This document shows positions 5,557-14,485 of a stretch of DNA of 36,960 nucleotides, one piece after another; the stretch's first letter is position 1; the number at the start of each line of letters is the position of its first letter. Under the pieces are notes generated by a model that saw only the letters and a program-made list of their open reading frames with translations, searched no databases and was not told the origin of the DNA. The stretch lies in IMG/VR virus record IMGVR_UViG_3300026966_000012. The stretch is one strand, 5' to 3'. A program made the translations under genes and the position numbers. Origin of the DNA: a virus (Duplodnaviria > Heunggongvirae > Uroviricota > Caudoviricetes).

Positions 5557-6483
5557 ATGAAAGAGAAGCACCCATGGAGAGACAAATCTCTCCTCGAAGA
5601 ACTGTACTGGAACGAGCTCATGTCGATGAGACAGATAGCTCGAAGATTCGACGTCCAGAAGATAACGATCTCGGAGTGGATGCATCGGAACGACATCGAT
5701 GTGCGTAGCCGAAGTGAGGCAACCACAGCGCGGATGATTCGTGACCGGGATGATCCCATGAACGACCCTGTCATCCTCGAGCGGCTCTATCACGAGCATG
5801 AGCTGAGCGCCCCTGACATGGTCAAATACCTCCCGGTGGAGTCTGACCAGGCCGTGTACGATGCCATGAGACGGAATGGCGTCGGTCTGCGGGGGTACAC
5901 CTCCGCCGCCAAGCTGTCATGGGACACGAAGCGTAGCAAGGAGAAAACCGATACTGGCGTCCAGGAAGCTGTGACCGACGGCGGCGTCGAGGTCGAAAAG
6001 ACAGAAAAGAACCCTGTCGAAATCTGTGTCCCCAATATCCCCGGTATGGTCAGGGATGTCGCTGAGGAGATGTCGGAGTCTGAAACCAGCGTGACGATCA
6101 AAGTCGAAGCATACGATCCGGACGTAATCGCTGAGACACGCGATGAGCAGGAAGATGTGACGACTGTTGAATATGGCGACAACACGTATCGTATTGGCAC
6201 CGGTGCATCGGTCAACGAACGGAAAGCGTCGTCTGACCTTCCCTGCATCATGCCCGGTTCAAAAACAGCAGTGGTCGCCACAGAGATCTACCAGAGGGGG
6301 CCGATGCAGGTGAGAGATATAGCGCAACGGACAGAGATCACAGCCGGACACGTCTCCGCAATCCTGTGTGCACTCAGGGACCGTGGGTTAATGGAATCGA
6401 AGACCGGGTCGTCGACGAACGGGAGGACGAATGTCTCGGAACTCACTGTAGCTGGAGAAGACGCCGTCGAAGCCTTTGTGTAG
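5557..6483 (+). CDS. Multi-HTH DNA-binding protein (two N-terminal HTH repeats, C-terminal winged HTH)
   Basis: LEELYWNELMSMRQIARRFDVQKITISEWM and LERLYHEHELSAPDMVK.. repeats, a VTDGG linker, and GPMQVRDIAQRTEITAGHVSAILCALRDRGLM. AT-rich promoter at about 5520-5535. Confidence 0.8.
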   Translation: MKEKHPWRDKSLLEELYWNELMSMRQIARRFDVQKITISEWMHRNDIDVRSRSEATTARMIRDRDDPMNDPVILERLYHEHELSAPDMVKYLPVESDQAVYDAMRRNGVGLRGYTSAAKLSWDTKRSKEKTDTGVQEAVTDGGVEVEKTEKNPVEICVPNIPGMVRDVAEEMSESETSVTIKVEAYDPDVIAETRDEQEDVTTVEYGDNTYRIGTGASVNERKASSDLPCIMPGSKTAVVATEIYQRGPMQVRDIAQRTEITAGHVSAILCALRDRGLMESKTGSSTNGRTNVSELTVAGEDAVEAFV

Positions 6484-6490
6484 AACGCAG

Positions 6491-6531
6491 TGACGTGGTA
6501 GAAAGAAACACTTAATATTCTATCACGTCAA
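6491..6531 (+). promoter_or_regulatory. Ligase promoter: TATA box flanked by an inverted repeat
   Basis: TGACGTG (6491-6497) ... CTTAATAT (6511-6518) ... CACGTCA (6524-6530); ATG 23 bp after the box. Confidence 0.6.
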
Positions 6532-6540
6532 GATTATTAT

Positions 6541-8088
6541 ATGGACTTGACGGAGTTCGGTGAGTACCTCGAACAGCTCCAGATAGGAGAGAAACCAAAA
6601 GACAGCGTCGTATTGAGCGCGCTCGACGACATCGAGCCGACATCCAAGCACTTCGAGTGTGCTATTGCACTTCTGACACGAAAGCCGTACGACGACATCG
6701 GCGTCGGCAAGCAAACCGTCCGAAAGATAGCGGTCCAGTGCTTCGACGTCTCGATGGACGGGCTTCGCGACCTGGAACGGGAGTATGGTGACCTACCAAG
6801 TGCGATCGGGCACGCAGACATCGCCACAGACACGCTGTTCTCGAAGCGCGAGATCACGCTGGGTGAGCTCCGCGACGACCTGGACTACCTACGACACCAC
6901 ACCGGTCCCGACCAGAAGCGCCGCATCAAAGAGATGCTCGGCTACGAGTCGCCCAAGTGGGTCGCTCATGCGATGCTCGGAAAGAAAGGTGCGAGTCTCG
7001 GTATCGGTGAGAAATCGGTCGTCAAGGTCCTGTGCCAGCACTACGGCGTCGACGATCACCGCCGCGCGTTGGCTCTCAATCCGAGAGTGACACAACTCTG
7101 TCGGACGATCGTCGACGATAGCGAGTATAACAACGTCATCATGCACCCCTACTGTGGACGGCCGTTCCTCCCGATGCTGGCGAAGTCGAAGCAGATCCCG
7201 GAAAAGCCACAGGCTGAGTGGATGATCCAGCCCAAGTACGATGGGGCCCGCATCCTCGTCCACTACAACACGGCTGATGACGGCATCCTTCGGGCGTTCA
7301 GCCGAAACGCAAACGATGTGACCAAGAGTCTTCCCGAGCTGCGCGAGCTCGAGGACGTGATCACCGCTGAGGGACAGTACATCTTCGACGGTGAGGCGAT
7401 CCCGTACAAAGACGGTGAGCGCCAGCCGTTCCAGCAGGTGATGACGCGATTCGGGCGCGAAGAAGACGTCGACGAGCAAGAGATCGACATCGAGTTCAAG
7501 TTCTTCGACCTGGTCTACGCGAAAAACCAGTGGCCCGCCTACGACGGGGATGTGTCCGAGATGACGACTGGTGAACGATACTTCCTGCTATACTGGTTGT
7601 TCGGGTCGAACCACACTGACTGGATCGCACCATCGTACACGCCCATGCTCGCGGAGGACCTCGTCGGTCACTACCAGGAGTTCTTACGAGAGGGATTAGA
7701 GGGCGCGGTCGTCAAGCAGGTTGATGCCCCCTACGAGTTCAACCGACGATCGCCCAGCTGGCGAAAGTTGATCCCGGAGAAAGAGAACGTCGATCTCAAG
7801 GTCGTTGCTGTCCACGAGGGTGAGAACAGTAACGCGGGCAAGGTCGGTGGGATGGAACTGGAGACGGAGGACGGGCACCGTGTCGGACACGTTGGTGGTG
7901 GTATGGAAGGGCACGATGGGTTCGACTGGGATGAGAGAGACGAGCTGATAGACGCGATCGTCGAGGTGTCCTGGCGCGAACTCCAGGAGAATGACGATGG
8001 GACATGTGCCCTACGGTTTCCGAGCCTGGAAGGGGTGCGCATCGACAAGACAGAGGCCGACACACTCGATAGGCTCAAAGCTCTGTAA
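6541..8088 (+). CDS. lig: ATP-dependent DNA ligase
   Basis: QPKYDGAR (motif I), IFDGEA (III), FFDLV (IIIa), EGAVVK (IV), RFPSLEGVRIDK (VI), with N-terminal DNA-binding domain. Confidence 0.96.
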   Translation: MDLTEFGEYLEQLQIGEKPKDSVVLSALDDIEPTSKHFECAIALLTRKPYDDIGVGKQTVRKIAVQCFDVSMDGLRDLEREYGDLPSAIGHADIATDTLFSKREITLGELRDDLDYLRHHTGPDQKRRIKEMLGYESPKWVAHAMLGKKGASLGIGEKSVVKVLCQHYGVDDHRRALALNPRVTQLCRTIVDDSEYNNVIMHPYCGRPFLPMLAKSKQIPEKPQAEWMIQPKYDGARILVHYNTADDGILRAFSRNANDVTKSLPELRELEDVITAEGQYIFDGEAIPYKDGERQPFQQVMTRFGREEDVDEQEIDIEFKFFDLVYAKNQWPAYDGDVSEMTTGERYFLLYWLFGSNHTDWIAPSYTPMLAEDLVGHYQEFLREGLEGAVVKQVDAPYEFNRRSPSWRKLIPEKENVDLKVVAVHEGENSNAGKVGGMELETEDGHRVGHVGGGMEGHDGFDWDERDELIDAIVEVSWRELQENDDGTCALRFPSLEGVRIDKTEADTLDRLKAL

Positions 8089-8143
8089 ACCTGTCGTGTC
8101 GGCTTACGAAAATATTTAACTCCTGAGACTTCGTAGGTCGAGT

Positions 8144-8254
8144 GTCGCTGACGGGTGCCGTGACGCTCTGGCCGCCGGGTGGTCGCCGGCGGACGGGTCC
8201 CCGACTCTCTACCCACGGATTCCAACGTCACCACGTAAGACCGGTTTCAGCGAC
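8144..8254 (+). ncRNA. Stand-alone structured ncRNA candidate
   Basis: TTTAAC box at 8115-8120 lies 24 bp upstream. Terminal stem GTCGCTGA/TCAGCGAC, inner GTGACG/CGTCAC and CCGCCGG/CCGGCGG, then CCTTTT. No ATG ORF. Confidence 0.55.
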
Positions 8255-8265
8255 CCTTTTACACC

Positions 8266-8280
8266 GAAAACTGGTATGTA
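8266..8280 (+). promoter_or_regulatory. Conserved promoter GAAAACTGGTAT(A/G)TA, copy 1
   Basis: GAAAACTGGTATGTA; ATG 8305 is 39 bp from the motif start. Confidence 0.75.
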
Positions 8281-8304
8281 CGTGACACACCGAACCTCAG
8301 CATA

Positions 8305-8652
8305 ATGCCCAAGAGTACCACCTTCCGCGTTTTTGGAGGGTTGATAGCTGACTCCCGCGCGTACGTCGACATGAACGTCGGTGGGATCGACAACGAAGGG
8401 AACATCTACTTGGAGGAAGCGTCTGGCTCGCCGTCTGATTCCCACTCATTCACGCCAGATGAGTTTCGTGAACGGGCAAGAGATGGGCTGATACTCGACC
8501 GGAACTCGATGCCCAAGACCGACCGATCGATGTGGAAAGCGGTCGACAAACTGGGCGAGGAGAGAGTAAGCGTGGAGCCTGGTAGTGATGTTGACCGCCA
8601 GTTAGAAACGGCGATAAAGTCGGTGTTTCGGGCGGCGGCTGTCGACTCATAA
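8305..8652 (+). CDS. Hypothetical protein
   Basis: 115-aa ORF directly behind the conserved promoter. Confidence 0.75.
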   Translation: MPKSTTFRVFGGLIADSRAYVDMNVGGIDNEGNIYLEEASGSPSDSHSFTPDEFRERARDGLILDRNSMPKTDRSMWKAVDKLGEERVSVEPGSDVDRQLETAIKSVFRAAAVDS

Positions 8653-8659
8653 ACCCTCG

Positions 8660-8674
8660 GAAAACTGGTATATA
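8660..8674 (+). promoter_or_regulatory. Conserved promoter, copy 2
   Basis: GAAAACTGGTATATA; ATG 8699 is 39 bp from the motif start. Confidence 0.78.
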
Positions 8675-8698
8675 GAGACTCACGACTTGGTTCGGCTA

Positions 8699-8911
8699 AT
8701 GGGATTCCGGCAAGTTCTCACCGAGCACGGAGAAGTCATTGTCGAGCTGGAAAACGGCCGAGTGGCCGAGCTCCACCTCGACGCAGAGTTCTCGACAGAC
8801 GGTGCGACAGACCGCACACTGGTCACGTTCACAGACGCTGATGGCGAGACGCACACGTTCTACGCCGACACCGTCGTCAACTACTGGCGACACCCGAGCG
8901 GGTGGCTCTGA
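8699..8911 (+). CDS. Hypothetical protein (70 aa)
   Basis: ATG 8699 chosen from promoter spacing; TGATG overlap with the next gene. Confidence 0.72.
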   Translation: MGFRQVLTEHGEVIVELENGRVAELHLDAEFSTDGATDRTLVTFTDADGETHTFYADTVVNYWRHPSGWL

Positions 8912-9327
8912 TGGCGCCGTTCTCCTGGATGGTGTGGTCGTTTCCGAACCGATACGTCGAGGAATCATACCGATGGCGAACGTTCGACCTGCATGACTGG
9001 AGTCGTAACGAGTACGAGTGGAAGGCCGATCCACCAGGACTTTGGAACGACCGGGTCCAGCGCCCGAGCGATACCGTTCGAAAGGGTACTGGAGACTGTG
9101 ATGACTACGCTCTGGTCGCCGCGTCGTGCTCTGTCTCGAAAGGGCGGCGCGGTGTTGGCCTGGCTGTCATGGGTCACTACAACTGGGGAGTCCCCGTACC
9201 GACACACATGATCGCATACGATCGGCACGAGACGTACTCGTCAGGCCGCATCCGACACGAATCCCCGGATGAGTTCGTCGAGCGAGATCGCCGATACGAC
9301 TGGGTCTGGACACGGCGAGTCCGGTAG
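8911..9327 (+). CDS. Transglutaminase-like cysteine protease (BTLCP-like)
   Basis: GTGDCDDYA catalytic-Cys motif, with downstream THMIAYD supplying His/Asp candidates. Confidence 0.65.
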   Translation: MAPFSWMVWSFPNRYVEESYRWRTFDLHDWSRNEYEWKADPPGLWNDRVQRPSDTVRKGTGDCDDYALVAASCSVSKGRRGVGLAVMGHYNWGVPVPTHMIAYDRHETYSSGRIRHESPDEFVERDRRYDWVWTRRVR

Positions 9328-9334
9328 ACAATCA

Positions 9335-9349
9335 GAAAACTGGTATATA
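9335..9349 (+). promoter_or_regulatory. Conserved promoter, copy 3
   Basis: GAAAACTGGTATATA; ATG 9374 is 39 bp from the motif start. Confidence 0.78.
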
Positions 9350-9373
9350 CAGCACACCGACTATCTGAGCTTG

Positions 9374-9490
9374 ATGGCGGTGCCCCCCTCCGCAGGCGAC
9401 GCCCCCGTCTCGTTTCTGACCACCGGTACCAACGGCACCTCGAACGTAGATCGGTGGTTCCAGCGGCTCATCGACCCGGGTGGCTACTGA
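9374..9490 (+). CDS. Microprotein (38 aa)
   Basis: MAVPPSAGDAPVSFLTTGTNGTSNVDRWFQRLIDPGGY; supported only by exact promoter spacing. Confidence 0.55.
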   Translation: MAVPPSAGDAPVSFLTTGTNGTSNVDRWFQRLIDPGGY

Positions 9491-9667
9491 TTCAAGCGAA
9501 AAGACGCGAGACATGTCGCCAGTCGCCGACCGGTAAGCACCCTCGTTTTGAAGTACAGAATTTTGATATGAGTGGTAACCAGTAACATTTATTATAGTTC
9601 TTTGCCTACTCTTAATCACTACTCTCCGGGCTACTGGCGTGGAACGGAGGGTGTATCGTGACATCGC

Positions 9668-9949
9668 ATGAAAAGCAAGAACCAACTGCAAAGAATGTTA
9701 GCGAATCGTAGATGTGCAGGATTCGAAGGCGTGTCTGTCGACCAGGACAAGCGCCGGCATATCGAGTACGCCCTCTTGCGTACGATATTAGAACTTGACG
9801 AGGGACAGGACGTGTGTCGCGAGTGCGCTGCAATCTCCGATTCCGACGCTGAGTGGGATGATCCCGGCCTGTGTCCCCGTTGCTCGACCGGCGTGCAACT
9901 CCGCATCAATGCTCACGCTGCTGGTGGTATGGCGGCGGATGGTGACTGA
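9668..9949 (+). CDS. Zinc-finger protein
   Basis: VCRECAA...LCPRCST; TGATG overlap with the next gene. Confidence 0.65.
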   Translation: MKSKNQLQRMLANRRCAGFEGVSVDQDKRRHIEYALLRTILELDEGQDVCRECAAISDSDAEWDDPGLCPRCSTGVQLRINAHAAGGMAADGD

Positions 9950-10338
9950 TGTCCACCCCTAAGCACTGTCCATACTGCTTCGGGAACGTCGAACGAACCC
10001 GATACTGGTACCGAGACGCGCACGACATCGAGCCAGCGTCTATCACCCCACCGGAGTGTCACGCCGACCTCCCCGGGATGGCCCCCATCGAGTGTGAGAT
10101 GGACGAGATGGTCATGGTCATGCCATGTGGACACTCGTTCGAGGCCGGTCGCTGGTTCGACTACGCAGAGGCGTGCCAGCTCTACACGTTCACCCTCGAC
10201 GAGTTGTCGCAGGTGATCAGTACCGGCGCGGCCAGTGTTCTCTCAGAGGACCTCGACGCGCACGACATCACGGTCAGGATGTCTGCTGAGGAGTGCTGTG
10301 AGACGATGGAGCGGACGGCACCGAGTGGGGTATTCTAA
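9949..10338 (+). CDS. Zinc-binding hypothetical protein
   Basis: HCPYC...MPCGH; acidic. Confidence 0.7.
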   Translation: MSTPKHCPYCFGNVERTRYWYRDAHDIEPASITPPECHADLPGMAPIECEMDEMVMVMPCGHSFEAGRWFDYAEACQLYTFTLDELSQVISTGAASVLSEDLDAHDITVRMSAEECCETMERTAPSGVF

Positions 10339-10339
10339 C

Positions 10340-10681
10340 GTGCCCGAGATCCCGCCGGCCAGCGAGCTCGAGTGGGTCGACGTGAGCAACCACGCTGGAG
10401 AACGCTGGCACCAGTACGTGAGGACCTCGCCCGGATACGGCCCGATCATCGCGTGGAATCTCGCGAAGGAGCTCACTGGCGACCACGGGCTGTACTGCGA
10501 CGAAGCCCGATACGACGAGACCACGGATGCGGTCATCCTTGTCGAACGTGACGAAGACATGGGGGATGATGTTCCGCGTGTGATGGTGACGGTCATGCGA
10601 GGCCGCCACGCGAAAACGAAGACGCAGAACGCGATCGTTCGCGTCATCGGCCACAAGCCGAGGCTCCCCGCGACAGCATGA
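10340..10681 (+). CDS. Hypothetical protein with SxHAxERW motif (possible RelE/BECR-like fold)
   Basis: GTG start right after the previous stop; VSNHAGERWHQ. Confidence 0.55.
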   Translation: MPEIPPASELEWVDVSNHAGERWHQYVRTSPGYGPIIAWNLAKELTGDHGLYCDEARYDETTDAVILVERDEDMGDDVPRVMVTVMRGRHAKTKTQNAIVRVIGHKPRLPATA

Positions 10682-10763
10682 TGGGCGAGGAATGGCTGTC
10701 GACGAGTCTTCCGGGACGTGACCCCCACCCCCTTGGGTCTGAACATGGCTCTCCGAGGACAGC

Positions 10764-10898
10764 ATGAACGACGGAGTGGAACAGGCATGGCGACTCTACC
10801 GTGACAGGAACGTTGTCGTCGGAAAATACCGAGCCGAGATCGCGGAGCGACGGCGGCTGATGATGGAATGGCGGAAAGAAGGAGAACCCCTGAGATGA
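10764..10898 (+). CDS. Microprotein (44 aa)
   Basis: MNDGVEQAWRLYRDRNVVVGKYRAEIAERRRLMMEWRKEGEPLR; ATGA overlap with polB ATG 10895. Confidence 0.5.
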   Translation: MNDGVEQAWRLYRDRNVVVGKYRAEIAERRRLMMEWRKEGEPLR

Positions 10899-13450
10899 AA
10901 CCCCTCCTGATAACACAGATAGACTACACGAACGAGGAGGTCCGTGGTGGTGAGCAGGTGCCGGTCATGCACATTTTCGGTCGGGACGCGGAGAACGCAG
11001 TCCACCGGGCCGATGTCTACGACCACCGGCCGTACTTCTACGTCCCTGTCGAGGAGACGCACAAACCAGACTTCGGGTCCGAGGAGATTGTCTCCGTCGA
11101 GCCCGGTTACACATCGATCAGGGGGCGTGACCTTGCTCGCGTGTACACGCACACGCCCAGCGAAGTCGGAAAGATCAGAGACGACTATGAGCACTACGAG
11201 GCCGATGTTCTGTTCCCCAACCGGCTGATGATCGACTACGAGATCAAAGCCGGGGTCATGGTCCCCGACGAGGGGACCCACCACACGTTCGACTCGCCGG
11301 AGGAGCTCGAACCATGTGACCCACCTACGTCGGCATCGATTCGAGTACACCACGTGGACATCGAGGTTGAGGACCGACACGGCTTCCCCGAGGACGGCAT
11401 CGAGCCCATCGTTTGTTTCACCACTTTCGACTCGTACGACGAATGGTATATCGTATGGTGGTGTAAGGAACACGCCGACCAGGAGCTCGACCCTGATCGA
11501 AAAGCGGAACTGCTCGCTGACGAGGATGCTGGCGATGTCGAGCTCCGAACTTTCGAAGACGAAGCGAAGATGCTCGACGAGTACCTCTCATACATCGAGG
11601 AGACCGATCCAGATCTGTTCACGGCATGGAACATCGGCTTCGACATGCCGTACATCTGTGACCGCCTTGAACGGCTGAACGAGAAGTGCATCTGGAACCT
11701 CGACATCGAACGTCTCTCCCGACTCGACGAGGTGTGGAGCGGTCGCGACTACCCGAATCTGAAGGGGCGAGTCGTCTTCGACCTGCTCCAGGCGTACAAG
11801 TTCACGCACTTCAGCGAGGAGGAGTCGTACCGGCTCGAAGCCATCGGTCAGAAAGTGGTCGGCTTCGGCAAGGAGACATACGTCGGCAAGATCGGCGACC
11901 TGTGGGAAGAAGACCCCGACCGACTCCTCGAATACTCGCTGAAAGACGTCGTCCTCACTGTCGAGATCGATAAAGAGACAGAGACGATCGACTTTATCGA
12001 CTCACTCCGCCAGTTCGTCGGTTCGCGCATCGAGGACTCGACGGTCGCGAACGAGATCTGCGACATGTACGTCCTGCACAAGACGCACGGGCGATTCGTC
12101 CTCCCGTCGAAAGGTGCAGGAAGCGATGGGGACTACGAGGGGGCGGCCGTGTTCCCACCGATCTCGGGTGTCGAGGAGAACGTGGTTGTCACTGACCTGA
12201 AATCTTTGTACCCGATGTGCATGGTGACGATGAACCTGTCGCCGGAGACATCGGTCGATCCCGACGAATACGACGGCGACACCTACGTCGCGCCCAACGG
12301 GTTGCACTTCCGCAAAGAGCCGGATGGAATCATCCGAGAGATCGTCGACGAGCTCCTGTCACGACGAGAGGACCTGAAAGCAGAGCGTAACACGCACGAC
12401 CCCGATTCTGATTCGTACAAGCGTCTCGACCGCCAGCAGGTAAGTGTCAAGGTCGTGATGAACTCGTTATACGGAGTGTTAGCTTGGGATAAATTCAGGC
12501 TGTATGACAAAGATATGGGAGCCGCTGTAACGGCCACAGGACGCGGAGTAATCAAGTTTACCGAGGACGTGGTGAACGAACTTGATTATGAAGTGACATA
12601 TGGCGACACGGATTCCGTCATGATAAGTCTCGGACATGAAGTGTCCAAAGAGGAGGCTATCGACATCGGATTCGAGATTGCCGAAACGATCAACGACCGC
12701 TACGACGAGTATGCGGCCACGCTCAACGCCGACGACCACCGCTTCCAGATGGAGTTCGAGAAACTCTACAAGCGATACTTCCAGGCCGGTAAGAAGAAAC
12801 GATACGCTGGCCACATCGTGTGGAAAGAGGGCAAAGACGTCGACGACATCGACATCACGGGCTTCGAGTACAAGCGGTCCGACACCCCGCGTTTCGTGAA
12901 GGAGACGCAGAAGACCGTCCTCGACAAGATCGTCCGAGGTGCGGATACGGACGAGATCCGAACGTACGTGAAAGGTCGCATTGACGAGGTAAAAGCCGAA
13001 GAAGTACCACTCGACGAGATCGGGATTCCTGGTGGCATCGGGAAGAAACTCACTTCGTACAACCCACCAGGCGTCCACGTTCGGGGTGCGATCTACGCAA
13101 ACCTCCTACTCGGCAAGAACTTCGGCAAAGGGTCGAAGCCCAAGCGTGTCTACCTCGAGCGTGTCCTCGAACGGTTCTACCACAAGATCGAGCGCCGTCG
13201 CAAATGGGAGCTCGAACGATCCGACTGGTACCGCCAGTTCCGACAGGAGGTCGCGAGTGATGATGACACCGAAGGGGCGATCTGCATCGAGTACCCCGAG
13301 GACCTCCCGGAGGAGTTCATCGTCGACTGGGACCGCCAGCTCGACAAGACGCTCCGAGGGCCCATCGAGCGTGTGACAGAACCGCTCGGCCTCTCCTGGG
13401 ATGAGATCGAGACAGGACACGAGCAGACTGGATTGGGGGCCTGGTCATGA
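10895..13450 (+). CDS. polB: Family B DNA polymerase with 3'-5' exonuclease, intein-free
   Basis: ExoI VDIEVE, ExoII AWNIGFDMPY, ExoIII YSLKDV, DLKSLYP, KVVMNSLYG, YGDTDS. Start 10895 is preferred for the ATGA overlap. Confidence 0.97.
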   Translation: MKPLLITQIDYTNEEVRGGEQVPVMHIFGRDAENAVHRADVYDHRPYFYVPVEETHKPDFGSEEIVSVEPGYTSIRGRDLARVYTHTPSEVGKIRDDYEHYEADVLFPNRLMIDYEIKAGVMVPDEGTHHTFDSPEELEPCDPPTSASIRVHHVDIEVEDRHGFPEDGIEPIVCFTTFDSYDEWYIVWWCKEHADQELDPDRKAELLADEDAGDVELRTFEDEAKMLDEYLSYIEETDPDLFTAWNIGFDMPYICDRLERLNEKCIWNLDIERLSRLDEVWSGRDYPNLKGRVVFDLLQAYKFTHFSEEESYRLEAIGQKVVGFGKETYVGKIGDLWEEDPDRLLEYSLKDVVLTVEIDKETETIDFIDSLRQFVGSRIEDSTVANEICDMYVLHKTHGRFVLPSKGAGSDGDYEGAAVFPPISGVEENVVVTDLKSLYPMCMVTMNLSPETSVDPDEYDGDTYVAPNGLHFRKEPDGIIREIVDELLSRREDLKAERNTHDPDSDSYKRLDRQQVSVKVVMNSLYGVLAWDKFRLYDKDMGAAVTATGRGVIKFTEDVVNELDYEVTYGDTDSVMISLGHEVSKEEAIDIGFEIAETINDRYDEYAATLNADDHRFQMEFEKLYKRYFQAGKKKRYAGHIVWKEGKDVDDIDITGFEYKRSDTPRFVKETQKTVLDKIVRGADTDEIRTYVKGRIDEVKAEEVPLDEIGIPGGIGKKLTSYNPPGVHVRGAIYANLLLGKNFGKGSKPKRVYLERVLERFYHKIERRRKWELERSDWYRQFRQEVASDDDTEGAICIEYPEDLPEEFIVDWDRQLDKTLRGPIERVTEPLGLSWDEIETGHEQTGLGAWS

Positions 13451-13542
13451 CGTCCCAGCAGCAGCGAGTTATGTTACTCGAGTTCGCCATGCTCGCAGTC
13501 GTCCTGTCTGCACTCCTCGCGCTGAATGGAGGATGTACATGA
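13447..13542 (+). CDS. Hydrophobic microprotein (31 aa)
   Basis: MTSQQQRVMLLEFAMLAVVLSALLALNGGCT; ATGA overlaps on both sides. Confidence 0.5.
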   Translation: MTSQQQRVMLLEFAMLAVVLSALLALNGGCT

Positions 13543-13967
13543 AGAACGTCCTCGCCCGCCTCACGTGCGGAGTGCTCGGGTTCCACCTGTGGGACGTCGA
13601 CGAGGAAGACCCTGGTTACGTGATGACGAGATGTAGGAGCTGTGGGGCAACCAAAGTCGTCGAGTTCTCAGACGAGACAGAACGACTCCGGGCGCAGATC
13701 GCCGAATACGAAGCACAGCAACGGTGGAACCCCGTGACGAATCACACCTACGTCTTCAAAGAAACGGAAACCGGACAGATCACCGGCATCAGCGCGAGTA
13801 GATACCGCGATGCTGTTCAGTGCCTACTCGACCGGAAGCCAGTCGGATTCCAGTACGAGTTCGTCGGTGCGCTCAACGACTTACTCGACGGGGACGAGCT
13901 CGAGGGGCGAGTTAACTGGACGTGGAGCGTCGAGAACGGCTCCGTGGAGGTGCGTTTGGATGAGTGA
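13539..13967 (+). CDS. Hypothetical protein with DUF1660-like C..GFH.W...CxxC N-terminus
   Basis: LARLTCGVLGFHLWD...TRCRSCG. Confidence 0.65.
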   Translation: MKNVLARLTCGVLGFHLWDVDEEDPGYVMTRCRSCGATKVVEFSDETERLRAQIAEYEAQQRWNPVTNHTYVFKETETGQITGISASRYRDAVQCLLDRKPVGFQYEFVGALNDLLDGDELEGRVNWTWSVENGSVEVRLDE

Positions 13968-14190
13968 AGTCGAACGAATGTGTGTCGGCTGCACCACCTC
14001 ACTACCACCAGCAGCGGTCTACCACGCCGCCCAGTGGGACGAACCAGACGATGGGCACGAGGAACTACTGTTCGTGTGCGAGGACTGCGACGGGGACCGG
14101 TGGCACGACATCGGTGAGCCGGTTATGCTGGCACCGGCCATCGTGGTGACTGACCCTGACTACGTCCCGCGACACTTCGAACTACCATGA
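13960..14190 (+). CDS. Zinc-finger microprotein
   Basis: MCVGC...VCEDC; overlapping start and stop. Confidence 0.62.
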   Translation: MSEVERMCVGCTTSLPPAAVYHAAQWDEPDDGHEELLFVCEDCDGDRWHDIGEPVMLAPAIVVTDPDYVPRHFELP

Positions 14191-14351
14191 GACAACGGAA
14201 GACGTGCGAGAGCTGTGGCACCGAGCTGGAACTGACGATACTCGAAGGAGTGTACGAACCGCTTCAGGCGGCCGTTGCGTGTGAGTGTGCCGAGGTACCA
14301 GTGGGTGGAATATACCTATGGAGACCATCAGATTGGCCCGACGGGTGGTAG
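14187..14351 (+). CDS. Zinc-finger microprotein (54 aa)
   Basis: MRQRKTCESCG...VACEC...W; ATGA overlap. Confidence 0.6.
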   Translation: MRQRKTCESCGTELELTILEGVYEPLQAAVACECAEVPVGGIYLWRPSDWPDGW

Positions 14352-14443
14352 CTGATACCCGATAGGTACTGATTTTTCGAGTTGTTGCGTCGGTAGATAG
14401 ACGCCTCTATACACCGTTTTATTACTGTATTCTGATACTATGG

Positions 14444-14458
14444 GAAAACTGGTATATT
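14444..14458 (+). promoter_or_regulatory. Conserved promoter, copy 4
   Basis: GAAAACTGGTATATT; ATG 14486 is 42 bp from the motif start. Confidence 0.72.
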
Positions 14459-14485
14459 AGGCACACTGCGTGTATCAAGATACTG

